DNA from: Bispira polyomma
Lineage: Eukaryota
Assembly (NCBI GenBank): GCA_965649765.1
Contig: OZ287758.1
Location: 5,828,001 to 5,892,000, forward strand
Direction: 5' to 3'
Length of the DNA: 64,000 bases
The notes beneath the pieces are model-generated. The model did not search any database and was not told the origin of the DNA. It worked only from the letters and a program-made list of their open reading frames with translations. A program made the position numbers and the translations under genes. The stretch's first letter is position 1. The number at the start of each line of letters is the position of its first letter. Shown here piece after piece: positions 12,201 through 20,502 of the stretch.

Positions 12201-14681
12201 AAGGCAGCTGTAGTAACGAGGGACTAGAGAAAAAAATAGAATAATATTTTTGGGGGGATGTCGACTGCTTGCTGACAGACACTATAGGTTGTGGTACTAA
12301 CAATAGCCACCAGCTGCTTGCTGACAACCTGAGTGTTGTGACCACACCTTCACTCTATTAGATTTAGATCTTTCCACCGGTTATCTGAGCCAAATCTCAG
12401 TCTCAGTCAATGTGAGGTTGTCATTAAGTGCCGGAAGTAGTCTGTGGTGTGTGATTTAGTGACTTCAACTATCTGTAGCCTATTACCAACCCCCAAAAAT
12501 TTCTTCAGCTCCGCCGGTGGTTTTTCACTCAGTCACAAATGGGTTAAACATTCAGACAACACAGACTTATTGTATGTGCAATGACTTATTGCATGTATGA
12601 CCCAGGCCTGTCCAATGGTGCTATAAAAGTTTAGATTAGATTAGATTACATGTAAATGTCAGAATGAAGAAAAAGCCGGGGACCTATGTGGTGTAGTGCT
12701 TTAGTGGTAACACTCTTGTCTCCTACCTCGGCAGTCGTAGGTTTGAATCTCAGCCGCGGAAGTGTATGCGGCCAAATTGGCAGTAGACTTGCTGAAGGCT
12801 GTTGGTTTGCAAAATAGAAAAACTTAACTATACCATGATCCGATTTCCTTCCATCAGGGAACTGCTGCCTATCATGATATGACACATGTGTTAAAAGTAA
12901 CTATATCTAAATGTGATTTTCATAAATATCTGCCTTTGCCAAATTTTTGGCATTTCATCATACTGTTGGGTGGTCAACTACATATTGACAAACTCTGTAC
13001 TGGTGAATAATATTTCGCTTATTTCTGGTCAAACACATTTTGTATGTGAAACTAACCTATAGGAAATCATGGGCTGGTAATCTTTTGCTGTGGTCAGATT
13101 TGACCTTGGACCCCTCTTGCAAGGTCAAACAGGTAGGCCATACTTTAAATCAGAGGCTTCTAAATTGGGTGCTAGCTAGGGGGCTTGCTATCTAGGGTGC
13201 TTTGTATTTCTGGTGGATACAAATATGCATCGGTTCTCTGATGCGCTAACCCTAGTTTCCTCCCCGCTGCTTGTGCATTATTTTCCTTAAATATGTCCTT
13301 CAATATTATCTGGTTCAAAATAATTTTTTTGGCAGTTATCTTAACTAGGAGTGGGAAATGTTTTTTTCAAATTCTTGGATTTAAACTTTGGCCTACTTAA
13401 AGGCCAGATGACCCTAGGGTGTAAAAGTGCTTGTCACTGGGTTTTCACAAAAAATATTTGTCATAGCTTAATAAAATTTGGCATGTAGATTGGTAAGGCA
13501 ATTTTCTGGACTAATCGGATGATAATTAACTGATTGACGACCGATAGATTTTTTATTGAAATGCATTGGGATTTCTACTTTTTGTTGGTATAAGTTGTTC
13601 ATCTACTTTTTGATTTTATGTATGATGTAATAATCTCATGGTTCTTAATCCAGTATTTAATGAGAACTGAGTACTTCAAATGAGTAGTTTGCCCTATTGT
13701 GCTCTATCTTGCACTTTTATTAAGTTTTCTTTTGAATTACTTGTCATAGTTTAGTGAAATTTAGCTTGCATATTGCAAATGCAATATCTTACTCTGTAAA
13801 TGTTTAGATCAACCTGGTGATAATTGACTAATTGACAGGGCAGATAAATCGTACAAAATGGTAAAAGAAAGATAGACCGATTTGAGCTCATTTTTGACCC
13901 ACAGGGCTGATTCTGCTTATATGTCGACGTTTCAAAAAATTTCCAATTTACTGGCCATCTTAAATTTCTGCCTCTTTTTTGAAAACGTACATTCTCCCGG
14001 AAATGGGGCTAAATAGAGCAATTTTGAACTAATTTCAGACACACAGGGTTCATTGTGCGGAGATAATGTTCTCAAAAACTTTCTAATTTTGGTGGCTATC
14101 TCAAATTTCTGCGACTTTTTCATAGGCTTTGATTATCTCGTCCGATAGGGCTCATTTTAAGGAGTTTATGTCAACTTTTCAAAAAGTTTCCCATATTGGC
14201 GGCCATCTTGAATTTCTGGCGGCTCTGTCAAAACTGTCATGACTTTACCTTTTACTTTAACCTCATACAGTAAACAACTTAATGGTTGCTTCAACTTCAG
14301 GGATCCTTTGTTTTTGTTGTCGAAAACCATTTTCTAGTTGTCTACTAGATTTGTGTGCTTCAGTGTAGGGACTTCCCCAAAAAGCCAGCGCAAAGCTGCA
14401 CTGGTAATTTTATAATAAAAGGCGCTCTGTGTGAATGTTGATATATAGCACATATTACTTTTATGCCCTGGTTATAGTAGAGGAGAGTTTTATATCTTTC
14501 TATGGGGAAGTCTCTACACACTGTGCACGAGCAAACTTATGTTAAATTTGAAAGTATTTGTAACTATGTATATTAAATTTTTTTTTTAAAAAACAACTAA
14601 TTTGTTGTGTGTTTGTATTCTGTTACAGTCCAAGTGCCTACCAACAGAAAGACATGGGCCAAATTAAAAGTGGGATACTGA
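101..14681 (+). CDS. Expansion/Rebuf-like atypical Smad MH2-domain protein, 5'-partial; join(101..258,796..859,2072..2230,3090..3282,6205..6269,7738..7840,11559..11663,14629..14681)
   Basis: Eight exons with GT-AG boundaries and compatible phases (2,0,0,1,0,1,1) sum to 900 nt = 299 aa + TGA. The translation VWAKVIYTEKSQVVGKLYLREKEVIIDSSKEDFEGKVIGLNSF...KKIGKGVKLSRDGLGNIYATRLSD...KIFCMMEYKSHIALELQRASIDQRKLQSLSMLSFAFVRNTFDDLDTPCWVTVINFMALDVL follows the MH2 motif order and matches the Expansion-type pattern as I recall it (WAKI..., IGL.GF, IG.GVK...D..GNI, AFVK, P.WV..VN..A.D.L). There is no C-terminal SSxS. Confidence 0.85.
259..608. repeat. (GT)-rich compound microsatellite/minisatellite (gtgtgtggct units)
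   Basis: Begins at the exon donor; explains the C/V-rich and H/T-rich ORFs at 119-762. Confidence 0.95.
796..859 (+). CDS. Expansion-like gene exon (IGLNSFPSTSKDMKLLKKIGK)
   Basis: Acceptor tttgttttcacag; donor gtgagg at 860; supplies the MH2 'IGL...IG' segment. Confidence 0.85.
966..1410. mobile_element. MITE, PIF/Harbinger-like
   Basis: Perfect ~36-bp TIRs AGTGAGCGTTTCCATGCAGGCAACTTTCTGAGGCGA / TCGCCTCAGAAAGTTGCCTGCATGGAAACGCTCACT, with TA/TWA flanks and no ORF. Confidence 0.9.
1567..1800 (+). mobile_element. tRNA-derived SINE (family also at ~7245-7460, ~12675-12900, ~16565-16830, ~52445-52570)
   Basis: A-box-like TGACCTAGTGGTTAG, shared body catgtgg-aa-gt-tgtcaggtacttgc...ggtttc..ccac...aaatctgg-c-t-gtga-atgacc in several copies. 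Confidence 0.7.
1852..2057. repeat. ~70-bp tandem repeat, 3 diverged copies, abutting the acceptor of exon 2072
   Basis: Recurring ttatggt...tggtatgaata...taaac..gactataaactt. Confidence 0.85.
2072..2230 (+). CDS. Expansion-like gene exon (GVKLSRDGLGNIY...GKAMK)
   Basis: Acceptor caacag, donor gtagct at 2231; GC-rich coding island, in frame with ORF 2051..2254. Confidence 0.88.
2213..2365 (+). repeat. Degenerate tandem copies of the exon-end/donor junction of exon 2072-2230
   Basis: aaggcaaggcaatgaag|gtag at the true junction, aaggaaaggccatgaaggcag at ~2270, aagggaagggaatgaaggtag at ~2338. Confidence 0.75.
2800..3128 (+). repeat. Five tandem copies of the acceptor + first ~38 nt of exon 3090
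   Basis: at(c/t)ttctgtat(g/a)atggagtacaagagtcacatc starts at 2824, 2893, 2968, 3028 and 3090, separated by (TA)n/(CT)n tracts. Confidence 0.92.
3090..3282 (+). CDS. Expansion-like gene exon, end of MH2 domain (IFCMMEYK...TPCWVTVINFMALDVLGNEH)
   Basis: Acceptor ctgctcttag, donor gtgagt at 3283; contains the MH2 TPCW motif. Confidence 0.88.
3896..5695 (+). mobile_element. Non-autonomous Helentron-associated element (HINE) with internal ~142-bp tandem array
   Basis: 5' subTIR AAGCATCCCT (3898) with adjacent inverted copy AGGGCGCTT (3913) and a (GCC)n tract; 3' subTIR AGGGACGCTT (5655), hairpin GTTTTTG-ttat-CAAAAAC and terminal CTAGTT. Confidence 0.8.
4809..5605. repeat. ~142-143-bp tandem array, ~5.5 copies, inside the HINE
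   Basis: tatctcggaaacggtgctagatagagcgatttcgagct recurs near 4810, 4953, 5096, 5238, 5380 and 5523. Confidence 0.95.
5758..6114. mobile_element. hAT-type MITE
   Basis: TIRs TAGTGGGTAAATTGTTT / rc TAGTGGACAAGTTGTTT; 8-bp TSD ATGTTCAG / CTGTTCAG. Confidence 0.8.
6205..6269 (+). CDS. Expansion-like gene exon (ILQEVKSLSHLNLSDVEDAQLR)
   Basis: Acceptor tatttttag, donor gttagt at 6270; phase 1 in and 0 out bridges the neighbouring exons. Confidence 0.7.
6530..6780. mobile_element. MITE with GGCCGTATTCAC TIRs (related copy ~55890-56102)
   Basis: gggccgtattcac ... gtgaatacggctcc; the second copy has aggccgtattca ... gtaaatatggccc. Confidence 0.6.
6970..7245 (-). mobile_element. L2/CR1-clade LINE 3' end fragment
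   Basis: Homologous to 58825-59135; the reverse strand encodes a degenerate F..ASPLLWNSLPVDLRSSDTFIGFRK. Confidence 0.7.
7738..7840 (+). CDS. Expansion-like gene exon (RNWAKLHLRRDLAMAEKESRRESKESPLSKQENS)
   Basis: Acceptor ttctcactatacag, donor gtgagt at 7841; phase 0 in, 1 out. Confidence 0.75.
7805..9836 (+). repeat. 57-bp minisatellite (~24 contiguous units plus one beyond a MITE) made from the exon 3' end and donor site
   Basis: Unit gtgagttgtcatagttacagtgtaaagagtggccacttagtaaacaggcaaacaatg. The first partial unit is coding sequence of exon 7738-7840. Confidence 0.97.
9214..9786. mobile_element. hAT-type MITE inserted in the 57-bp array
   Basis: Perfect 13-bp TIRs TAGTGGTGTCATC / GATGACACCACTA; 8-bp TSD GTGATGAG / GTGGTGAG; the array resumes in register at 9787. 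Confidence 0.9.
9998..10193. mobile_element. pogo/Tigger-like MITE (TA-flanked; relatives at ~11158-11508 and 54187-54370)
   Basis: TA|CAGTAGAACCTCTATTATC...GGATAATGTAGATTTCTCTTCTG|TA. Confidence 0.6.
10217..10846. repeat. 44-bp minisatellite, ~14 copies
   Basis: Unit ctgtagtgtcttattagaggagacaggccgggctcttgctctaa. Confidence 0.95.
11559..11663 (+). CDS. Expansion-like gene exon (EDSEENPPSNRSSGNQEYLAALDRFKDTLEESPLE)
   Basis: Acceptor atgtccag, donor gtaaga at 11664; 105 nt, phase 1-1, GC-rich and stop-free. Confidence 0.75.
13010..13257 (+). mobile_element. 3' end of a second HINE/Helitron-like family (related fragment at ~25870-25940)
   Basis: Hairpin GCATCGG-ttct-CTGATGC followed by CTAGTT; gaaatcatgggctggtaat is shared with ~25890. 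Confidence 0.5.
13255..14339 (+). mobile_element. Diverged copy of the 3896-5695 HINE
   Basis: Colinear similarity with 3940-4620, decayed 142-bp units, and the same 3' end agggatcctttgtttttgttgtcgaaaaccattttctagtt. Confidence 0.8.
14629..14681 (+). CDS. Expansion-like gene last coding exon (VQVPTNRKTWAKLKVGY*)
   Basis: Acceptor gtattctgttacag; phase 1; TGA at 14679-14681; repeats the R-x-x-W-A-K-L motif of the 7738 exon. Confidence 0.7.
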
Positions 14682-14931
14682 GATGATGCCAAAGAACCTG
14701 TCTCCATGGAAACCAACAGCAAACCATTATAAAATTTCAAGAGCACAGAATGTTTCCATCAGTTGGGTCTGCAGTCACATTCACATATTAGTCAAAGGAC
14801 CTCTTTAGTGAAAGTGACGTGTCACAGTTTGGGAGTTGTTTTTTTTTGTGTGTGAATGGAACATGTAAAGAGTTAAATGTGTCAAAACTGTGTCCCAAAT
14901 TGATCTACGTCATTCAACAGTGTGACCGTAT

Positions 14932-15358
14932 TTCGCGAAAACTACTTGGCCAAATAAAGTAAATACTAATACTATTGAATTCGCGAAACTACTTGGCCAA
15001 ATAAAGTAAATACTAATACTATTGAATTCGCGAAACTACTTGGCCAAATAAAGTAAATACTAATACTATTGAATTCGCGAAACTACTTGGCCAAATAAAG
15101 TAAATACTAATACTATTGAATTCGCGAAACTACTTGGCCAAATAAAGTAAATACTAATACTATTGAATTCGCGAAACTACTTGGCCAAATAAAGTAAATA
15201 CTAATACTATTGAATTCGCGAAACTACTTGGCCAAATAAAGTAAATACTAATACTATTGAATTCGCGAAACTACTTGGCCAAATAAAGTAAATACTAATA
15301 CTATTGAATTCGCGAAACTACTTGGCCAAATAAAGTAAATACTAATACTATTGAATTC
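14932..15358. repeat. 47-bp minisatellite, 9 essentially identical copies, in the presumed 3' UTR
   Basis: Unit ttcgcgaaactacttggccaaataaagtaaatactaatactattgaa starting at 14932, 14980, 15027 ... 15309. Confidence 0.97.
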
Positions 15359-16335
15359 TGCGGTAAACTTTTGTTTTGACTTCAGTGCAAAACTGCAATT
15401 TTTGGCTTTTCTCAAAGATGTACAGCTTTTTTAGGATACCAATTTAAGTAATTACTTGGACAAGTACATCTTGTACTTAATTGAGTATAATGTTCATTTC
15501 AGCTAAGCTTACTGTTTAAAATAGGGGCAAACACACAGATTTTCATTTAATTGCAAAGATTTTAAGAGAAAATCTCTTTGTGGGACCACAGGTAATTTGT
15601 CCGGATTCAGTACTGTATCTTTACATCTTAAGATTGACAAAATATCTTGTCATTGTATTGTATGTACGTTTTGGTTATGGTGTATGGTTCACCCTGTAGC
15701 CTTAGGTAAAAAAAAACTAAAAACGTAAGAGTGAATACGTTGTGAGCTGTATTATCTTCTACACATATTACATGCTGTAAAAAGTTTCGGTTTACAGTAT
15801 TTATCCACTGTATGAACACCACCACCCAGTCCTAACAAATGCCAAACACATTGCCCCAGTTTCACATGTTGACGTTTTACAAAAATCAGAATGGATGAAG
15901 TTCCATACCATTGTCAACCCATTCGTAATGTCCCTCTTTGTAAACAATGCTTTAGTACATGTCATCTTCCTATGAAATGATGGGAATACAAAAGAGTTAA
16001 ATTTGTCCACAAATATCAGGGAATTTTTAGAAGAAAAGTCATTTAAATTCATGGACCCTGTCATTTGAACACACAAGTATTTAGATAAGGTATGGTACAG
16101 TAAGTTAAATTAACCATCTTTCACCTGACTCAATCTGAGTTCATTCGGGTAATTATAGTGCATACATAAATCTCTCTGATGGTGCAATGCTATCTATATA
16201 AATATCAGTGGATGTGTATTTATGTGTTAAACTGTATTAAGTCAATATCATTGTTATTTTTAATGACACAAGTTGTACATTTATTTGTATATATGTTGGG
16301 GGATTATATATATATATAAAGAAAACACATATATT

Positions 16336-16341
16336 AATAAA
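16336..16341 (+). promoter_or_regulatory. Candidate polyadenylation signal of the Expansion-like gene
   Basis: AATAAA at the end of an AT-rich UTR-like stretch, followed by GT/T-rich sequence. Other AATAAA hexamers exist upstream. Confidence 0.3.
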
Positions 16342-17299
16342 CTTTTATACAACTACTCTGATTGTTTATATTGTGTTAAAGGTATTGTATTTTGTTGACC
16401 AACTTTTGTTAAATAAGTTTAAATTTATGATGCCGTTCATCCATCGTATAGACATGTAAAATTATGACATTATTTTATGTTGGTAAACAAATGTACGCAT
16501 GTCTTACAATAAGTTGGCAAGACTGTCTTAATGGAGTTTGTTACAATTTGTATTTCTGTAGTATAGATGGACTAGTAGTTGGAAGTACCTGTTTGACAAA
16601 CACTAGTATCTCCCTGATGTGGATTTAAATCATGTTTGTTCCTTCATTTGGATAGTTTGTCAGGTACTTGCTGCAGGTCAGTGGTATGCAGGTCATAGGT
16701 CAGTGGCATGCAGTTTATCAGGTACTTGCTGCAGGTCAGTGGTTAGCTGATTCAATACTGATTTCTTATACTTTTAAATCTGGCCGTTGTGATATGACTT
16801 ACGCTCTAGAATCGAACAAAAAACAAACTAGATTGAACTCTGTAGTACAACACATAGTGTGATAGTGTCAAATATAAACACTGATTTGAAAATGACCATT
16901 TTTACATATACAATTGGATTTACCAAATATAAAGCTAGATTTTAAAACTTAGATGGTGGTAATAATGGTAAAACATCTAAATGAAGTCCTCTGATGTTTT
17001 ATAAGATAATAACAGGGACAAAAACAGTTAATCGAACAGTTGTTAATAAAGCCAGTTTATTCAGCTTAAACAATATTAATGATAGTTTATTTCGTATATT
17101 TTTAAGCACATTTACAAAGAAAGAAAACCAAAAAAAAAAAAAAAATACTTACAACTATAGCATATATACACAGATATATATTGATAACACTCTTTTGTAG
17201 TACATAGTATATTATTTCGTTTAAGTTTTAATCAGTAAACCTTAAGAAGTGAGTGTTTCTTAATAACGACAGGTCTCAAATGTGTCCAGGCACAAGTTC

Positions 17300-18040
17300 A
17301 CAATGTTGAACATAATTATAATCACTGTCGGACAAGTGAAAGTTTAATATTTTGAAATATCGTACATATTCACACGTAAGGCAGAACATATTGCAGATCA
17401 ATTTTTACTGGCAAAGAACATTACATTATCAGCCTACCACAAAATTTTGCATATTCATTTATTCAAATGGATTACATTGTGATAAAATTTAAGAAAAATT
17501 TGATACAATTGCATCTCAATAGGAGAATCATTAACAATCTATTGTAGAATATATGCATATCAGAATTACTGAAATGCCAAATAACCCATTCATATAAATG
17601 GCTGATAATGTCAAATTAAACGTCTAATATAAATTATGATGCAAGTGAAATCATTTGTACATTGATATATGTTACCTCTGTTAACATCTTTAGCAATATA
17701 GAGGCACAGATGTTTTTCAGGTTTTGATACATTTATGTTTCTATTACAGAGATAGATGCTGCTGACATCATTATCTTTAAAAAAACAATTATCTTAGTCT
17801 CTCAACATTAAATGTTATGTGACATTTCTTGCTGAATTCATAAGCTATGTAATACATCTTACTATTAACATAAGATGTTGGACTTACCAATATTATAAGC
17901 AAAACAACCCATGAACGTGTCACCAATGTGACAACCATAACCTCATTCTTTTACATTCATAAGTAATTCATCTGTATAGATGCTAAACAGTATAGGAGAC
18001 AAAACCCCACCTTGCTTGACCCCATTACTCGCACAGAAAT
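17300..18040 (-). mobile_element. Decayed non-LTR retrotransposon RT fragment
   Basis: The reverse strand of ~17890-18040 reads FCASNGVKQGGVLSPILFSIYTDELLMNVKE*GYGCHIGDTFMGCFAY (RT motif QG..LSP, with an in-frame stop). The left boundary is uncertain. Confidence 0.7.
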
Positions 18041-18777
18041 GTAGTAGTAAAAGTAGTAAAATATACATCATTTCACAAAAAAAATACTCAAAAGTACTAA
18101 ACGTATTAAAATAGTATTAATACACACTAGTTTACTAAAAAGTATCAATCCTATTAAAGTAGTAAAATACACAAAGTTTACAAAAAAGTATTAAGCATAT
18201 TTAAAACAGTATAACACGCATTACTCTACTAACGCAGTCTAAAACATATTAAAGTAGAAAAAAGCTGGAATTGGTTGAAAGAGACAAATTTTCAAGATGG
18301 CGGCCATCCTGAACAAGTTCTAACATAAGACCGTAATCGCTTTGTCTCTACAGGAGATAAAAGATGTGATGAAGAAAATACAAATTTTCGAAATGAACAC
18401 CAAACTCGCTTTTACAGGGTAATGGGACAAATGCCGAAACTATTGTCTGTTACGGTCCAGGTAATAATAAATGTTTGTTAAACCCGTCAATTTTTTAAGA
18501 TGCATAAACTTCAAGTCGTTATATATCACTATATCCATAACATATTTTTGAGCTGCTTAAAAATTTACATGATTGAATCTTTGCTTTAAAACTTTTTTAC
18601 AGTATGTAACATACAGCAAATAAAAAAGAAGTTGCTACTGGCTGGAAAAGCTGTTTTTGTACATTTTCACATATTGTATGTCAGCCATTTTGTTTTTAAG
18701 AATGACACTAATTATGCACAGTATTACACCATCCTAGAGATGTATTTACTGTAAAACCTTTACAGATATTGCATTCA

Positions 18778-19287
18778 AACTGTAATGTGTAGAGTGTTAA
18801 CTAACAAAGGCTGACAACAGACATGTATTTAGGCATAAACTGTAATTGTTACAACTTAGAAACTGTCTTTACCACCGGACACGATTGTTGTGTATATATT
18901 CGAGATGAGACAATAGACATGTATTCAGGCATAAACTGTTGTGTGTAGAGTGTTAATTAACAAAAGCTGACAACGGACATGTATACAGGCATATACTGTA
19001 GTGTGTAGAGTGTTAATTAACAGAGGCTGACAACAGACATTTATTCAGGCATAAACTGTAGTGTGTAGAGTGTTAATTAACAGAGGCTGACAACAGACAT
19101 GTATTCAGGCATAAACTGTAATGTGTAGATTGTTAATTAACAGAGGCTGACAACGGACATGTATTCAGGCGTACACTGTAGTGTGTAGAGTGTTAATTAA
19201 CAGAGGCTGACAACAGACAGGTATTCAGGCATAAACTGTAGAGTGTTAATTAACAGAGGCTCACAACAGATATGTATTCAGGCATAA
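18778..19287. repeat. 60-bp minisatellite, ~7 copies with one interruption
   Basis: Unit aactgtagtgtgtagagtgttaattaacagaggctgacaacagacatgtattcaggcata. Confidence 0.93.
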
Positions 19288-20054
19288 TCCAAAGTATGTA
19301 CTAGTTAGTTGCATACAATAAAGTATCATCAAATATGAAACTATCTATTGCAAAAAGTGTTCTAATTGAATGGCTGTATCTATATCACAATACAGTCCAC
19401 TTGGGGACTGCTATAAACTCTTTTATAATACATTTTAACAGTGTATACCAGAGTAAATTCTATGAAATATTTGAATCAAATATATCAGTTGAATTCAGAC
19501 AATAGTATTTTGAATGCATTGACACAGTAAAGGAGAAATCTAACTTAATTGAGGCCATTAAAGATTGATATCTCTGTAACTATACAAACAACAGCTATGC
19601 ATTAGCCTATGTTTTCTCTTGTTTGCTGTGTGTCTCACAGATGGAAGCAGTGTGATAAAAAAGGTCTACTTGAGCGGACATATAAATGCAAGCATAGGCT
19701 TATATGATAATACATCTTTTTCTAATTTAGAATACCAGTACAAAAAAAGAAATAAAAAAACTGAAACAAAGTACCTAGTTCTAAAAAAATACAATATTCA
19801 GGGGTTTGTGGTGAAAAAGATATAATGTAGTCAATACAACCTACTAGATTGAGCAGACACTACTAAGACAGGATCTCATCTGGGATATATACATAACAAT
19901 TGTGTCCACTTGTACACTTGGAACTTTAATATTGTAATGTGCTATTGTACCTTTTTGATTTTATTTTTGGTTGTAAAAAATTAAAATATAAAAAAAACAA
20001 AAAATTGTGTTTGGTGGTAAAGAGAGTTTCTAAGATGTAGCAACTAAAGTCTGA

Positions 20055-20502
20055 TTATTGGGTTGAAATGAGGAACCCAGAGAATACATTGCGTTGTGAG
20101 TAGCCAGAAAGTCTAGTGTTAGACTGTACAACTTCAACCCACACCTTCTCCCCAGAGTCACACTGTAACACCAGGGACCAGCTGGGAGTGATGAAGAGAC
20201 TGTCTGTACCAGAATTATAGACAAAAAGGTGTGTTTGTCGTGTACCAGACTTTACTAACCCAACACCAACCCTATAACTACTACCATCCTTTAACCCATA
20301 CCCATACACAGAGTAAGTAAAAAAGTACACCCCTGTAACAGGACAGGTGTACTCCCCGGTGTTGTTGTTGTATTGCTCTCCCTCATTGTAATCTGGTGTG
20401 GGGAAGATAAGTGTTTCTCCCTCATTATACACCTTGTCCCCCCCCCCCCCCACCCACCAAGACTATGGGCCATGAACGCTGATGTTGTCTTTGTCAGCCG
20501 CT
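20055..20502 (-). CDS. C1qDC terminal exon (C1q domain), frameshifted in a homopolymer
   Basis: Acceptor tcaattttgtgcacag at 20503. ERLTKTTSAFMAHSLGGWGGGG is in the frame of ORF 20291..20557 and DKVYNEG...FSGFLISTQ* is in the frame of ORF 20055..20453. Confidence 0.92.

Noticed and set aside
14932-15358. CRISPR-like appearance of the 47-bp array (also the 57-, 44- and 60-bp arrays)
   Set aside because: Head-to-tail repeats with no unique spacers, no cas genes and a eukaryotic context.
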